From NCBI RefSeq assembly GCF_009914755.1, contig NC_060932.1: a stretch of DNA of 64,000 nt; one strand, written 5' to 3'. The translations under genes and the position numbers were made by a program. The DNA comes from the human T2T-CHM13v2.0 reference genome, Homo sapiens. Numbering within the stretch: the stretch's first letter is position 1; every line of letters begins with the position of its first letter. The notes beneath the pieces were generated by a model. The model saw only the letters and a program-made list of their open reading frames with translations, ran no database searches and had not been told where the DNA came from. This document shows positions 25,901 to 39,660 of the stretch, one piece after another.

Positions 25901-26719
25901 TGCAGAACCCACCTTCCAGCATCGAAACTGGGGGCCGCATGAACTTTGACAAGGAGACAACAATCAAGGTGGGACAGATTTGTGCCTCAAACTCTCTTGA
26001 AAATATAATTTTCTTCCCTTGGATATAGCTGGCTCGAGTGAAGCAGCCTTCTTTTAATCTTGACAAAATAATGAAATCAGATCAGTGATATTGGCGTGTT
26101 TCATGTGGACACATGATGCTGGGAGAACTTCAGAGCTAGGCAGCTCCCACAACTGCCAAGAGACTGAAGCTGAACTTCAAGGCAGAGTCCTCCAGAGTGG
26201 CTTAGGCAAAGTCTCCACCTTGCTGAAGCCCTTCCTGGTCCACCACTCCTTGTGGAGGAGAGGGGAAGGTGGGAGCCAGGGTCTGGGGCTTTGCCGGGCT
26301 GGTGGCCGCCTCAACATTGGCTTTGGGATGAATCTCAGGACCAGACTTCCCCGCCCTTGTGTGGGAGGTGTGAGGGGCTGGAGCTGGGAGGCAGGAAGTG
26401 AGCGCAGATGGGCTACCGCCTGGACAGCTGTGCGGGGAACAGAGCACATCTGTCTGGGTGTGAGTGGGGCCCCTCCCCACAACCTCTGCTGATTCTACAT
26501 GTTTGATAGGGTGTGGGCTGAGGGTGTGGGCTGAGGGTCCCAAATGGGGAAGAAGATGGGAAAGTCTGACTATAGAGCAGGAACGAGGGTTGCTGATGGG
26601 GTATGTTCAGATGGAGGGAGAGGAGGGTTGAAGAGAAAGTGGAAAATGGAAGCAAACAGATCAAATTTTATCTTTCTCAGGATGGGCTCTGGGCTTTCAG
26701 CGGCTCTCCAAGCCCCAGG

Positions 26720-26945
26720 GTCTGATGTCTGTTCCTCTGGGAAGCTGCCCTAGACCCCTGGCCGCCCCACCCACAGGGTGCTCCCTCCTGGTGCTTCCAG
26801 TATCTTACATCGTAGTTGTGAAAGTCCCTGGGATAACTGCTCATTTTTCTACCTTACCTACTGGACTGCGGGTGTATTAAGATCAGAGACCTTGTCTCTG
26901 TGACTGAATCCTCACTCTGTAGACGTGTGTTGAGTGAATGAATGA
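26720..26945 (+). mobile_element. L2 3' end
   Basis: cctctgggaagc...cagagaccttgtct...tgttgagtgaatgaatga. Confidence 0.65.
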
Positions 26946-27369
26946 TTTTATGACCTTAACCAACACAAATTTTTCTATTTAATTCCTTAATTTTTCTCTA
27001 ATTGGCTTTAAAAATTGCTAGGAAAGCTTATCCCAAGTAGATGCCCGGGAGATCTTTGGGAGTTAGAAGCTGGAGTAGATTTCTCATCAGAAATTTGCCA
27101 GCAGGCCTGGAAGTGAGAGAGCCTTTTGCTCTTTTCAGGGAGCAAAGCAGAGAGGAAAGGCTCATTCTAGAAACTGCACACCCTGACTTGGCTTCATGGC
27201 CATTTGTGTGGCCTCCTTGGGGCGGTTGGTCTCCCTCCACATGAAGCTGTCATCTGCCTGATATTGAGCCAGCTAGGCAGGGAGTATGGATCACACAGAC
27301 CTCTGCAGGCTCAGGAGGTGGATAATTTCCCCACATCTCTCCCCTCCCTCACCTCTCTCTGGTTTTCAC

Positions 27370-27520
27370 AGTGCAATGAAAGGATGTGGGAGTTTGAGAC
27401 CCATCTCTGCTGTGTGGCCCTGGGTGAGTCAGTTCTCCTCTTTGGGCCTCAGTGTTCTCATCTATAGAATGGGAGGGCTGGACTGAGACTCCTTCCGGCT
27501 CTTAACTACTGTGAATCTGG
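27370..27520 (+). mobile_element. MIR/MIR3
   Basis: gctgtgtggccctgggtgagtca...gggcctcagtgttctcatctatagaatggga. Confidence 0.75.
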
Positions 27521-27797
27521 TAGGCTAATGAGGAGGGAATATGGCCCTTGGTGGTTATTACTGTCTCCTGAGAGCCTGGGCTGGGGCTTTCCCTTAACTT
27601 AGGTGTGGGAAAGTGGGGAAGGGCCCAAGAGGCCATTATTCCATTCCCGGGTTTCGAAACCACTCCTGAGTTCACCTGCTGCTATAACGGTGACTCTTCT
27701 TGGATGATTTAGTTGAGTCTTGCCTGGAGTCCAAAGATCTGCTTGAGTGATTCTTAAATGTTTCTCAAGCTTCTGCTCCTGGCTTTCTATTATCTAG

Positions 27798-28196
<399 letters not shown>

Positions 28197-29669
28197 AAAA
28201 TTGTATACTCTTTTCTAACATCATTTTTGTCATCATCATCACCATCCATTACTGATAATGTTAGACATTTATTGTTCTTTTTTTTCAGCCATGTGCAGTG
28301 GGTAAGTACATCAGCAAGCAAACTGGCCTCAAGAATCCCGCCCTATCCTGGGCATCTGGGGTTGAGGCTGGCTGTGCCAACCTTTGCACAGGGTTTCAAT
28401 CTGACCTCACTCAGAAAACGGAGCCACTTGCTTAGAGTCCCTCTCTCTGAACACGCTCTCCCCTCTGGAGGAAAAGCATTGCAATCCCAAGCTCCTGCTG
28501 CTGCCGTACATCTGCATCTTATTCATCTTTGAAGCTCCTGCAATGCCTCCAACGGGGACACAACTAAAGGTGCTCGCTAAATACTTATTGATAATAATCA
28601 TTATAATGATGTATCATAATAGATTCAGCGGGGAAGTTGGCTACTGAGCTGCCCTGAGCTGAGACCCATATTTAACTCCTTGTCTGAGCATCTTCTGTGC
28701 TCAGGCCAGAGCGACAGCCTTGCGAGGCTAGCGTGGGATGGTCTGGAGACAAGGTGGCAAGACTCAGGCAGGAGCTGAACAGCTGGCGCCTCCTTCTGGC
28801 CTCGCAGGGCTGGAGCAGGACTGGGGAGGGCGGGCTTGTGCGAGAACCTTTGCCCCTGGGCTCCCAGGATGTGACCCTCCCTGCCAGAGACCCTTAACCC
28901 CGGACAGCCCCAGCTCAGGAGAGCTAACAGTGAGCGAGGGAGGCTGTTATGTAACCGACTGAACTCCTCGTCAACACTGGTGACTAATTCCGACAGTCTC
29001 GGCCAGTTGTGGCTGATTCTCACACCCTCTGCTGGATGCATCTCTCCGCTTCCTCCCTGGCCCTGGCCCCAGCCCCACCAACCTCCACCACTGTCCCATG
29101 CTCCTCCCCACGTGGACTGGGGATGCTTGGGGAAGCAAGCCTTTTCTAGATGCGTCCAGCCCCCAATCTTTGCATCCCTTCCTGCCTTAAAAAGATGCCA
29201 GGAGCAGATTGTCCATTTCTGTCTGTACAAAAACCCACTTGCCTGGGGGCTCATTGAGGCCCTTCTTTTGCTCCTGGGTAAGGGAGAAGAAAGTGGTTGC
29301 TGGCAGGCTGGGAATTTCGGCTTGCCAAGGCTGGGACTGTTGAGTTCGGAAATCGTGGTGGCCAAACTCCACCATTTACCAGGGGAAAGGGACCCAGGGA
29401 GTACCTGACCTCCCTCAGTCTCTGGACCTAGGACCCCTGGCCCTGTGGGTCGCAGGTTCCCTGGATGATGCTGGGGAAAAGGCCTGTGTTCATTGCCTCA
29501 GTTCTAATTTTTCTTTTTCAAAAGGAAGCTCTCAGAACGCCCAGCTATCCCCACTGCAGAAGGCTCTCCCTGAAAGGGCACAGGTGGAGGACGTTTGCAT
29601 TTATCTGGAGACAGTTCATGGAGAAACACAAAGAGGTGTCCTGACAAGACAACAGGTCCACAGCAGTCG

Positions 29670-29865
29670 TCATCATGAGTGCTCACCATATGCCAGGGTT
29701 CATCTTTTAAAATCCTTAACCAAACAACCAAACTGTGGTTGGGATTATTCTCTTTTTATAGGTGAGAAAACTGAGGCTGAAAGCCATTGGGTGGTTTGCC
29801 AAAGCTGAGAAGTAGCTGAGCTGGGGTTTGTACTCACACCACGGTGACTCGGAGGCCCAAGCCAG
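29670..29865 (-). mobile_element. MIR
   Basis: gagtgctcaccatatgccagg ... ttttataggtgagaaaactgaggct. Confidence 0.75.
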
Positions 29866-30024
29866 TTCTGACACACTGCCTTCCCATGACATTCCCACGA
29901 CAGGTTCCCGAGGTCGTTGGAATGCTTACACATTTCAGCAACTTCATGGCAACTGCCCAGCTCGACCCAGAAGATAATACTACCTTGTACTCCCCCTGCC
30001 GCTTCCTTCCGCCAGGCAGCTCAC

Positions 30025-30200
30025 AGACATGACCTCATTCCCTCTCCCAGAGTCCCATAGGGGTGAAGGACAGGGTGGGGATCGTTAACTCTGCTTCCTA
30101 GGGAGGAAAGGGAGGCCCAGAGAGGGATGCTGGCCCACCCTGGGTCATCCAGCCAGCTAGCGGGAGAGCTGCAACTGGAAATCAGGCTTCCCTGCCCTCG
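30025..30200 (-). mobile_element. MIR (degenerate)
   Basis: gaggaaagggaggcccagagaggg...ggtcatccagc. Confidence 0.55.
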
Positions 30201-30876
30201 GGGACAGTTATTTAGCCTCCTGGATGTGAGCTAGAATCACCCCTAAGATGCAGCAATTGGGGTACTCCTCTTGGGGTACTGGGACTCAGTGGCTGAAACA
30301 GCTCCAAGAGAGTTGGGCCTGTGCTGAAAACAGAAATCCGAGATGCATATAAATTCAATCCGTATGAGAAGAGCAGGGTGGCCTGGGAGGAGTGGTCACC
30401 GCAGTGGCTCCACCTCCTACCCGGCCGCCTGCAGCCCTGCCTGGGCTGCTCTTGGTCTCTCTGTGCCCAGCTTCCCTGGCCGGATGCCCTGGGGGCCAGA
30501 GCAGCCGCAGGTGCGATGAAAAGAACACTGGCCTTGAGGTCATGGGACCTGGGGAGGATATTCACCAGGGGCCCCTAAGTTAGTCATTTTAGCTCTCAGC
30601 TTTTCCATTTTTCATTCAAAAAATGGGGACTCTAACTCCATGAAAGAGACATTGTGTGTGAAATATTTCATCATAAGCTGTGAAGCCTGCAAAGAAACTC
30701 CTGGTGTTCTCTGTAGCCTGATTTCATCTCTACTAAACGCTATTTTGAAAATGATTTTGAAGCTGGTGGGTCACATAGAAGGATGGCCTGAGCATCCATC
30801 CATCTTCCCTCCGGTGACCCTTTCACTTCGTGTCTGTGGTACCCAGTGCCTGGTACTGAATGTTCCTGGGTGGCCC

Positions 30877-31066
30877 CGTGGTTCGGCAAACTTTCTGGAA
30901 AGGCCCAGGTAGTAAATATTTGAGGCCTGGTGGGCCACATATGGTTTTGGTCACATGTTCTTTGTTTGTTTCTTTTCTTATAACCCTTTGAAAATGCAAA
31001 AACCTTTCTCAGCTCACAGGCCCTACAAAAATAGGTTGATTTGGCCTGTGGGCTGTCGTTTGCAGG
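30877..31066 (+). mobile_element. MER58(C)-like hAT-Charlie MITE
   Basis: tcggcaaacttt...aggtagtaaatattt...aaccctttgaaaatgcaaaaacc...gatttggcctgtgggctgtcgtttgc. Confidence 0.8.
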
Positions 31067-32484
31067 GGGCCGGTTTACCTGGTAGAAAGTGGGTGGGTGG
31101 GAGTTTGGAAATGGACAGAAAAGCCCGCAGCCCAGTTTTGCACTTGCCTGGCTGTATGCTGTTAGGCCACTCACTTGGCCTGCCCCGGAGTTAGTTTAAT
31201 GGTCTGCCCTATGATTCTAATGATGCCTACTTCAGGGGCTATCATGAGAATAACATGTACCCCATAGCAGGCTCTCAGCAGATGGGAGCTGATGTCATTG
31301 CTTCTGTCCAACAAGCATGAGAATGCAGGGTCCAGGGGTGGCCCACCCTGTCCGCAGTATGGTGGGGTGGACAGCGCTTTCCTAGGGCTTGGGATATTTT
31401 ATCAGGGAGCCAATGCCTTGCCTTGGAAGGGAGAGGCCCCCAGGCTGGGGTTTCATGACAGAAAGAGGAGTGAAGTCCGGGGCTTATGTCAGGAGCTGGT
31501 CAGTGCACACTGGCAGAGCATGGAGAAGTGGAAGCCAGGGGAGGGGAGGACCATCTGCAGGGAGGGGGCGAGGGTGGGAGGAGGGCCATGGGAAACAGCT
31601 GTTTACCTGTTTTGGGCAGCTGTGATGGGCTCTGCTGGCCTTGGGGGAGTGATCCCAGGTGGCTAGAGTGGCCACAGCAGTCTGGTGGGCTCAGGGAAAG
31701 GTGGGGGTAGACGTGAGGCGCTGCAGACCTGGGCCCCAACACTGACTTTGTTGCTGTCAGGGGTGGGGGCTGGGAGTCTTTGAGGCTAGAAGAGACCCCG
31801 CATAGACGGAGGCCCAGGGCTTTGCCAAGAGAGGATACCCGGGGAGTACCCAGTCCTCTTGAGTCCTGGCTTCTTGTCAAGTGAAACATTAGAGAAGGAC
31901 AGCCTTTTTTTTTTTTTCCTCAACAAAGGGTGGACTGGAGTAAGCTCTCCCCATAATAATGAAAGCAACCATGTCCCAAGTGCCTTCTGCATATCGGGCG
32001 CTGGGCCGGATCTTTGTGCACCTTGGCACCCATCCTCTCAACAAGCCTCTGCCACCATGAGGGGTAGAGGTGCCCGCTCCGTCTCAGGGCTGCGGGGCTG
32101 CAGCTGGGGTGAGAACTGGCTGGAGTCAGTGGTCCTGCCTCCTCTGTGCCCCACCACCTCCCCGGGAGCCTGGCTCTGCCATGGGTTCAAGTTGCAGTAG
32201 GATACCCAGGCCAAGGGGGTTGCAATCTTGATTCCTTTCTTTTTGAGAAATGCAGAGAGAAGTTATGTAGTTCCTCGAGAAGCCCCCATCACCACCCAGC
32301 CATGGAGACTGCTCCCTTCCGCGTACCCGTGCCGTCTCATGGCTGGTTCCGAAGGGCTCAACTGGGAACAGCCTCCCAGGCTGCAACATAGCAGTGTGAC
32401 ACGGAGCTCAAGGCAGCGTCTCAGTGGTTTGCTCATTTCTGCACATGCTTGCATCTGTGTGTGCCCTTCCTCTATCTAGACAGC

Positions 32485-33055
32485 ACTTCTGTCACTTCTC
32501 TCCTGGTAAACTTCTATTTGGTCCTTTAAAACACAGCTCAGATGTCACCTCCTCTGGGAAGCCTTCCAAGACTACCTAGGCACAGTTATCAGGCATTTTG
32601 ATTGTGCTCTTATCGTTGCATTATTTTCAGGGACAAACATCGGTTGGGCACTTATTACACCCTAAGCTTTGTGCTAGGCACCTCACTGCATTATCTCATT
32701 GAATACTTACAAACCTATGGGGTGGATATTCTTACCCCCATTTTATAGACAGGGAACCTGAGGCTTAGAGCAGTTAAATCACCTGCCCAAGGTCACCTAG
32801 CTGTTGAGTGGTGAGACTGGGAAGTGAACACAGGCAGTTTGACTCCGGTGCCCTCCCTCCTAACCACTAAATTATATTGCCTCCCTTACATGACTTAAAA
32901 TTGCCCCAGACTGTAATTAAACGTTTATGGGTCTGGTAAACGCCTCACAAGCAGAGACCATGACTTATTTATCTTTGCTGCCTTAGAACATAGCACATAG
33001 TACAATGCATATAGTAGGTGCTTGGTGGATGCTTATGGGATGAACAGTGAATGAA
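32485..33055 (+). mobile_element. L2 3' end interrupted by a minus-strand MIR
   Basis: cagctcagatgtcacctcctctgggaagccttcc before the MIR; tagtaggtgct...gtgaatgaa after it. Confidence 0.7.
32630..32886 (-). mobile_element. Near full-length MIR nested in L2
   Basis: cccattttatagacagggaacctgaggcttagag.agttaaatcacctgcccaaggtcac ... taaccact...tattgcctcc. Confidence 0.85.
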
Positions 33056-33786
33056 GAGGCCATGGGGGTTGAGGCTGCTGATGGAAGGTGGGGTGGCTGA
33101 GGCCAGGGAAGGGAGGATGGCAGGGGGGGCAGTTGAGTGGACAACGTGTGTGTGTGGTGGGTGCAGGGAGAAGGCTCCAGAGGCCTGGGAAGGAAAGTGG
33201 TTCCTACAGGGCCTGTACCATGCCATTTTGGAATCCCCAGGCTACTACTTAGTAAGCGTCTTCAATATGCTAGCAAGTGCTTCAGACATGGGCATTCTAA
33301 GTCCACAATACGAGAAGGCTTGTGCAAACCCCCAGACAACTAACTCACATAGGAAGAGCCTAGACCTCAGTCCTCGTAGGATGAACTCTGGCAAAGGTTC
33401 CCCTGAAGGCGAGGTCTAGACCAGGTGACCTTGAACGTGTCTCTGAGCCTTGCTGGCATTCTTTGGGTCTAGGGTGTTCAAGGAGGTTTCGCGCACACCA
33501 GTTGCCCTGTGCATTAGTCCTCTCTTGCACCTTGTGACTCTGTCATAGTAGCCTGACTTCCCAGAGGAAGCGAGCTCTAGGGCCAGCGGGGAGGCGGGCA
33601 TCAGATCTCCATCTCCTCCTGGCCCCCTCTGCCCATGGCCCACAGGAGGTGGGACCCTGCCAGGCCCCAAAGCCTGGAGCCTCCCCAGCAAGCACAGGTG
33701 GGCTGTGAGGTCATGCTTCTCAGACCTGAAAGGAGACAGCCATCACATCTTGCAGGTGGGCCTGCCCCGGGGAACTGTGGGGTGGG

Positions 33787-33814
33787 GTGTGTGTGTGTGT
33801 GTTTGTGTGTGTGT
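33787..33814. repeat. (TG)n microsatellite
   Basis: Short interrupted TG run. Confidence 0.9.
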
Positions 33815-34039
33815 GAACCCCTCTAGCCTTATTCACAGTCCCCTCTGGGGGCCAGGGGCGCCCCTTGATGCCAACCGGAAAGCCCTTATCTTGCCCGGAA
33901 GAGGTCCAAAGCATGTGTGGCTCCTGACATGGCGAGGGGAGGCTGGGGGGAGGCGGGGAAGGCGGAGAGAGCGAGAAGACCCCCCTGCAAGCCGTGTTCA
34001 TACAAAATGCATTTCCCAACGTATCCCTCTGGCCTGTCG

Positions 34040-34790
34040 GAGCCCCTTCTGCTCACTGCTCTGTTTATACATGATAGACAACTAATTAACATCCAAACCT
34101 CTTGAAAGGTCTTTTCAGAGGTAATGTTCTGACAGATTATGTCAGCAAGGAGCACTGATTTGTCTAAGCATGGATCACATTGTTTCAGATTGAATGAGGT
34201 GAATATTAAACTGCTTTAAATGTACTCTTCATAAAGTACTAATTACACACTCCCAAGAGAGAACAGCCAAGGAATACTAAACAGTAGAGAAGTCAACAGA
34301 GGGTTCTTTTTATAGTATGTTGCTGGGCTCTGTGTTTTTCTGTCTCCTTCTTTCTCGCTCTCTCTCTTTCTCTCTTTTTTTTTACAGTAAAATCACAGCA
34401 CGCTAAAGAATACACATTTATAGCACAATGCTTCTCATCTAATTATATGGCAATCATTAGTTTTAAGCTGGATGCATTATATTTTCTTTGATATATTATG
34501 CCTAAGGCATAACTCTGCATTTATTGTTGCTACTGGCAGATTTTAGCTCCCCCACAAGCCCCCTTTTCCAAACCCCAACTACTTTCTAACCCCCACCTTT
34601 TAACAAATTATTTAACCCCTATGTTAGTTTGCTTATTGTGCCAGAAAAAAAAATCACAATTTAAATCGGCAAAAAAATGGGTGAAACAATATACCCTTCA
34701 TTAATTTAAAGAAAAGAAATCGCATGTGTTCTGGGGAGCTGTGCAAATTTTATTAACCAGGTGATGTCCTGAATACACAATTTCTACCTC
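34040..34790. promoter_or_regulatory. Large AT-rich CNE-like block (candidate developmental enhancer)
   Basis: Sharp AT-rich island with no recognisable repeat; ctaatta x3, inverted CTGACA/TGTCAG pair around GATTA (34129-34145), SOX-like acaat/attgt sites. Confidence 0.55.
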
Positions 34791-35553
34791 CCACCCCAGT
34801 GAATTTCCTTTGCAACAAATTCTACCAGATCACACTGAATTCCCTCTTGGCTGAGACTCCTTGTCCCTCAGGGAAAGAGATATTTATATGTATATAAATA
34901 TATATCTAGAAAAGCAACACAGGGTGGAAAACCATGTGCCAAAGAGCATTCCTTCAAAATGCCTATCCACAGATGTAGCCAGAATTCTGCTCCATCAGTT
35001 TTTCTGGGTCTTTCTGACATTAGCTTTTGCCCATGGTTGAGAAAAAGCAAGGTCAATTTTGAGATGTCCTAGGCTCTCAGATTCTCAATCCTGAAGAAAG
35101 GAAAAAGCCAAGTTCCCTGGGGATGGATGATATTGACCCATCTGGTTTCTTCTCGGTCAGGCCTCCAATTCCCATGCCGTTGCAGAGAAAAGAGACTGCA
35201 AGTCTCCGAGAGGTAGAATTACTTCTCCGTAAGTGGCAAAGTGGGGCCATGTTCTCCCCAACTGTGACTTTCTCTTTCCCTCCCCACTCCAATCAAAGAA
35301 CTGTGGAGTCTTGGGGTTGAAGGCATCAGAGATTTCCTTTGCTCGTTGTGTTACAGCCAAGGATTCCTGGCTGAAAGGGGCTATGCATGTCCCCTAACAT
35401 CACAGAGCTGCCTGCGGTCAGGACTGGACTCCAGGTTCCTGACTCCTAGACCAGTGTCCACTTCAGACAGAGAAGTTCCAAGCAACTCTTCCTACACAAG
35501 AACGACCAAGGGCCAAGGAATAAAATGACAGCAGCATCTTTTCTGAGGGCTGA

Positions 35554-36250
<697 letters not shown>

Positions 36251-36399
36251 GAAAGTTTGCCTTCTCAACCGAGCTCTTTCTCCCCCAAACAACTACCATG
36301 AAAGAACTATCTCACCTCCAAGAACTACCATGGTTGTAGTTCTGTCTGGGGCCCCATGGAAGAAGATTAATTTTTCTCCTACATGACTGCTTTCAACTA

Positions 36400-36520
36400 T
36401 TTCATTCATTCATTGCACAGTTTTGCTAGGTGGTCTCTGGATGCCAGGTGCATAATGCCAGGTGTGGAGAGAGCCATGAAGAAGACCTGGTCCCTGCTTT
36501 CAAGAGCCCATACTCCAGAA
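36400..36520 (-). mobile_element. L2 3' end
   Basis: ttcattcattca...tgccagg...ggtccctgctttcaagagc. Confidence 0.65.
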
Positions 36521-37640
36521 GGACGTGTAATTTGTCTTCGGAGCTTCTCTTCCCCAGGGGAAACGCTCATCAGTTTCTTCACATATTCCTCACTTAACAT
36601 GATGTCAAGCCTTTCCTGGCCCATGTTCCTTATGTGAAATCATCCAAAGAAATTTACCAAGGATGAAGAAAAAATGGCAGCAAATTTGGGCTTCCATTAC
36701 TCACACATACTCTATAGCACCCATTACTCAGGAGATTGGGATTCTATTGGGTTAGAGTGGTCCCAAGTATGTTGTTTTTTAAAAAAGCTCTGCACACTTG
36801 AATCTAATACACACACACACCCTCTATCCTGAAAAAATGGAGAAGGATAAACTCTTCTCTCCCAATGCTGATCTCCACCTCCTCCAGGGTCTCTCTTCAA
36901 GTCCAGGTTACTCTCTGTGGAGGTGTTATTTGATATGTGAAGGTGTGAGCTGCTGACCTGTGAACGCTTCAGGGTGCACTAAGTTAGCTGGCAGCCTCAC
37001 TGTGCACCGCGTATGCCAGCCAAAACCCAGGGACCAAGGCTGGCTTTGTGGGCATGTGACCGGTGTAGTTGCCCAATGCCCTGTGCTTTGAAGGCCTTTA
37101 TGTATATATATATTATAATAGTGTTCGCAGCCGAGTTCCTAGTAATTTCATCTTGGAATGTGTGTTTGGTAAGTGAAGTATCATGGGACTATGGAGTGTG
37201 TGGTGGGGATTTGGAGCCTCAACTGGCTGACCCGTGGTCCTACTCTGAGGCTGCTGCCACCTTCTGCTCTCTGTGGGAGCCTGGGTGCAGGTGCAGAGTG
37301 GGGATCGGTCATACACCCCATGGCATCTTAGAGTGGGACAAACATTGGTCACTCCTGTCCCCAAATGGCAACATTCAGTGGATGATTTGACAGAGGCCTC
37401 TCACCCACCCCCAATCCAGGTTCCAAGCACATCTGGGCATGGAGGTTGCAATCCTTGGGGATGCCCCTGGCCATGAGGACCAGTGGGTCAGAGAGAGGAG
37501 GGGATGGACTTCCCCTGTCCCAGGCAGGGCCCCACATTTCCAAATTGCCCTGGGTCCTGCAAATCGCGGTTCTGCCAGATACTGAGCCAAGCATTCCCTC
37601 TCTCATACCTCTTCCCATCGCATCGTCACCGGGTCCTCAG

Positions 37641-37998
37641 TTTCTTTCCTTCTTCCTTCCTTTATTTCTTCCTTCCTTCCTTCCTTCCTTCCTTCCTTCC
37701 TTCCTTTCTTTCTTCTGAGACAGCATCTTGATGCGACGTCCAGGTAGGAGAGCAATGGTGCAATCTCGGCTCACTGCAACCTCCCCTTCTCATGTTCAAG
37801 CGATTCTCCTGCCTCAGCCTCATGAGTAGCTGAGACTACAGGTATGTGCCACCACACCCAGCTAATTTTTGTATTTTTAGTAGAGATGGGGTTTCACCAT
37901 ATTGGCCAGGCTGGTCTCGAACTCCTGACCTCAAGTGATCTGCCCGCCTTGGCCTCCCAAAGTGCTGGGATTATAGGCGTGAGCTGCTGCACCCAGCC
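37641..37998 (-). mobile_element. AluS with (TTCC)n-expanded tail
   Basis: 9 TTCC units at 37669-37704; TSD c[g/a]ggtcctcagtttctt at 37630-37646 and 37999-38015. Confidence 0.93.
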
Positions 37999-38321
37999 CA
38001 GGTCCTCAGTTTCTTAGAAACACCTTCTCTTAGGGACAAACATTGTCCCTCATGAGCCCATGCCTGGATGACTGTAACCACCTGGGAGGGACCCCCTGCC
38101 TCTGTTCTCTCATCCTTCCCATCAGTGATGCTGCCAAAGCTAGCATAATAGAAAACAAATTCAACTTTCTCATTCTCCTGATAAAACCCTGTCCACAAGA
38201 GTCCTCTTCTACTCCAGGATAACATACTGTGTATGTCCGTGCATGTGAGTGTGTGTATAGGTTCTAAGCACCTAAACAGATATTCGCTCCACGCTGCGGG
38301 TGGGCTCTCTCCACAGAGAGA

Positions 38322-38581
38322 GATCACCACCATTCATGGATCACCACCTGTGGATCACCACCATTCATGGATCACCACCTGTGGATCACCGCCATTCATG
38401 GATCACCACCATTCATGGATCACCACCATTCATGGATCACCACCTGTGGATCACCACCATTCATGGATCACCACCTGTGGATCACCACCATTCATGGATC
38501 ACCACCTGTGGATCACCACCATTCATGGATCACCACCTGTGGATCACCACCATTCATGGATCACCACCTGTGGATCACCAC
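38322..38581 (+). repeat. Two-unit minisatellite (VNTR): A=GATCACCACCATTCATG (17 bp), B=GATCACCACCTGTG (14 bp)
   Basis: Order ABABA'AABABABABAB plus a partial unit; 9 A and 7 B units with one substitution among the full units. Confidence 0.97.
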
Positions 38582-39489
38582 AGTGTTTAAGACCAAGCGA
38601 GGAAACATGTCACAGTGGAATCTGGGCAGTGAGGATGCTATTTTCGAGGAAGAGCTCTTGCCTCACACCAGTAGACACAGGCAGCCAGCTCCTTGGCCTA
38701 ACTTGATGGACTCCCTAAACACTTCCTCTTCCTTCCAAGCCTGTGTCTCCCTTCCTCACCCTCACGCCACAGTCTTGGCCAGTCTTGTCACGGTGAGGCC
38801 ATCAGGTGAGAGGATGTGGTGTGGAGGATGTGTGCTTCAGGGTCGGGTAGACCCGGCCATTCATGCCTGTGGGACTGTGGATGGTGAAAGCCCACCGACA
38901 GGTCACAGGCATCTGGGAAATGCCAAACAAAGTGGAAGAAGCTGGCTTTGGGTGATGACCAGTTCATAGATGGCCTCTGACCTCACGGAGCTGGCAGCCC
39001 CTTGGCGATAACATAACCCTCTGTGCACTGGCTTTCTCATTTGCAAAAGGAGATCCTTTCCTCAGACTGAAATAATGCACATAAGCTGCATGGTATGAAA
39101 TTTCTGAAGGGGCATTCTTCCACAGCCCAAGAGGTGTATCAGGAAGCTGGCCCTTCAGGGACAGGAACACCTGTGCACCACATCTCTGCGATGATGCGAC
39201 CTGGTGCCTGTGACACATCCCTGCACATTGCTGTGGGGGTAACCAAAAATGGAGCTGTGGGAGCCAGTGGAGGGCATGCTGGCGTATCAGGGGCAGCAGC
39301 ACCCGGGGCGGCGGTTGGGGGAATGGAATCCAATATGAAGATGGTTCTTTCTTTCTCTAACACTTTACTGCATGCCCTGGTGTCACTTTTCTCAGCATGG
39401 CTTCTCCCTGCACTCCTTGCTTCCAAATGCTCAGTACTTCCTGTCCACCCAGGTGGGTCACAGCACAGGCCTTGGAGGAAGCCGACTAA

Positions 39490-39660
39490 GCTGGGTTTGA
39501 ATGATTGCTTCTGCAAGCTAACAGCCATGTGGCCTTAGGTGAGTTATGGGACCTCCCCATGCCTCAGTTTCCTCATGGACAAAGTGGGGGCTGACAATAC
39601 CATCCTCCTTACTTCACCGTGGGGGTCTAGAGTGTGCTGCAGAAGTGCCTGGGTGAGACC
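39490..39660 (+). mobile_element. MIR
   Basis: ctgggtttgaat...gtggccttaggtgagtta...gcctcagtttcctcat. Confidence 0.8.

Noticed and set aside
28625-29365. Longest ORF (246 aa, minus strand)
   Set aside because: No recognisable domain; W/G/P/S-rich composition typical of chance GC-rich frames, with overlapping ORFs on both strands.
36291-36343. aactaccatg duplicate and AGAACTAC/GTAGTTCT inverted repeat
   Set aside because: Short, within chance or slippage expectation, with no supporting context.
38233-38969. Long His-rich ORFs (157 and 200 aa) and CRISPR-like look of the VNTR
   Set aside because: The ORFs are translations of a stop-free repeat. The 'spacers' are only two fixed 4-7 nt tails, there are no cas genes and the context is eukaryotic.
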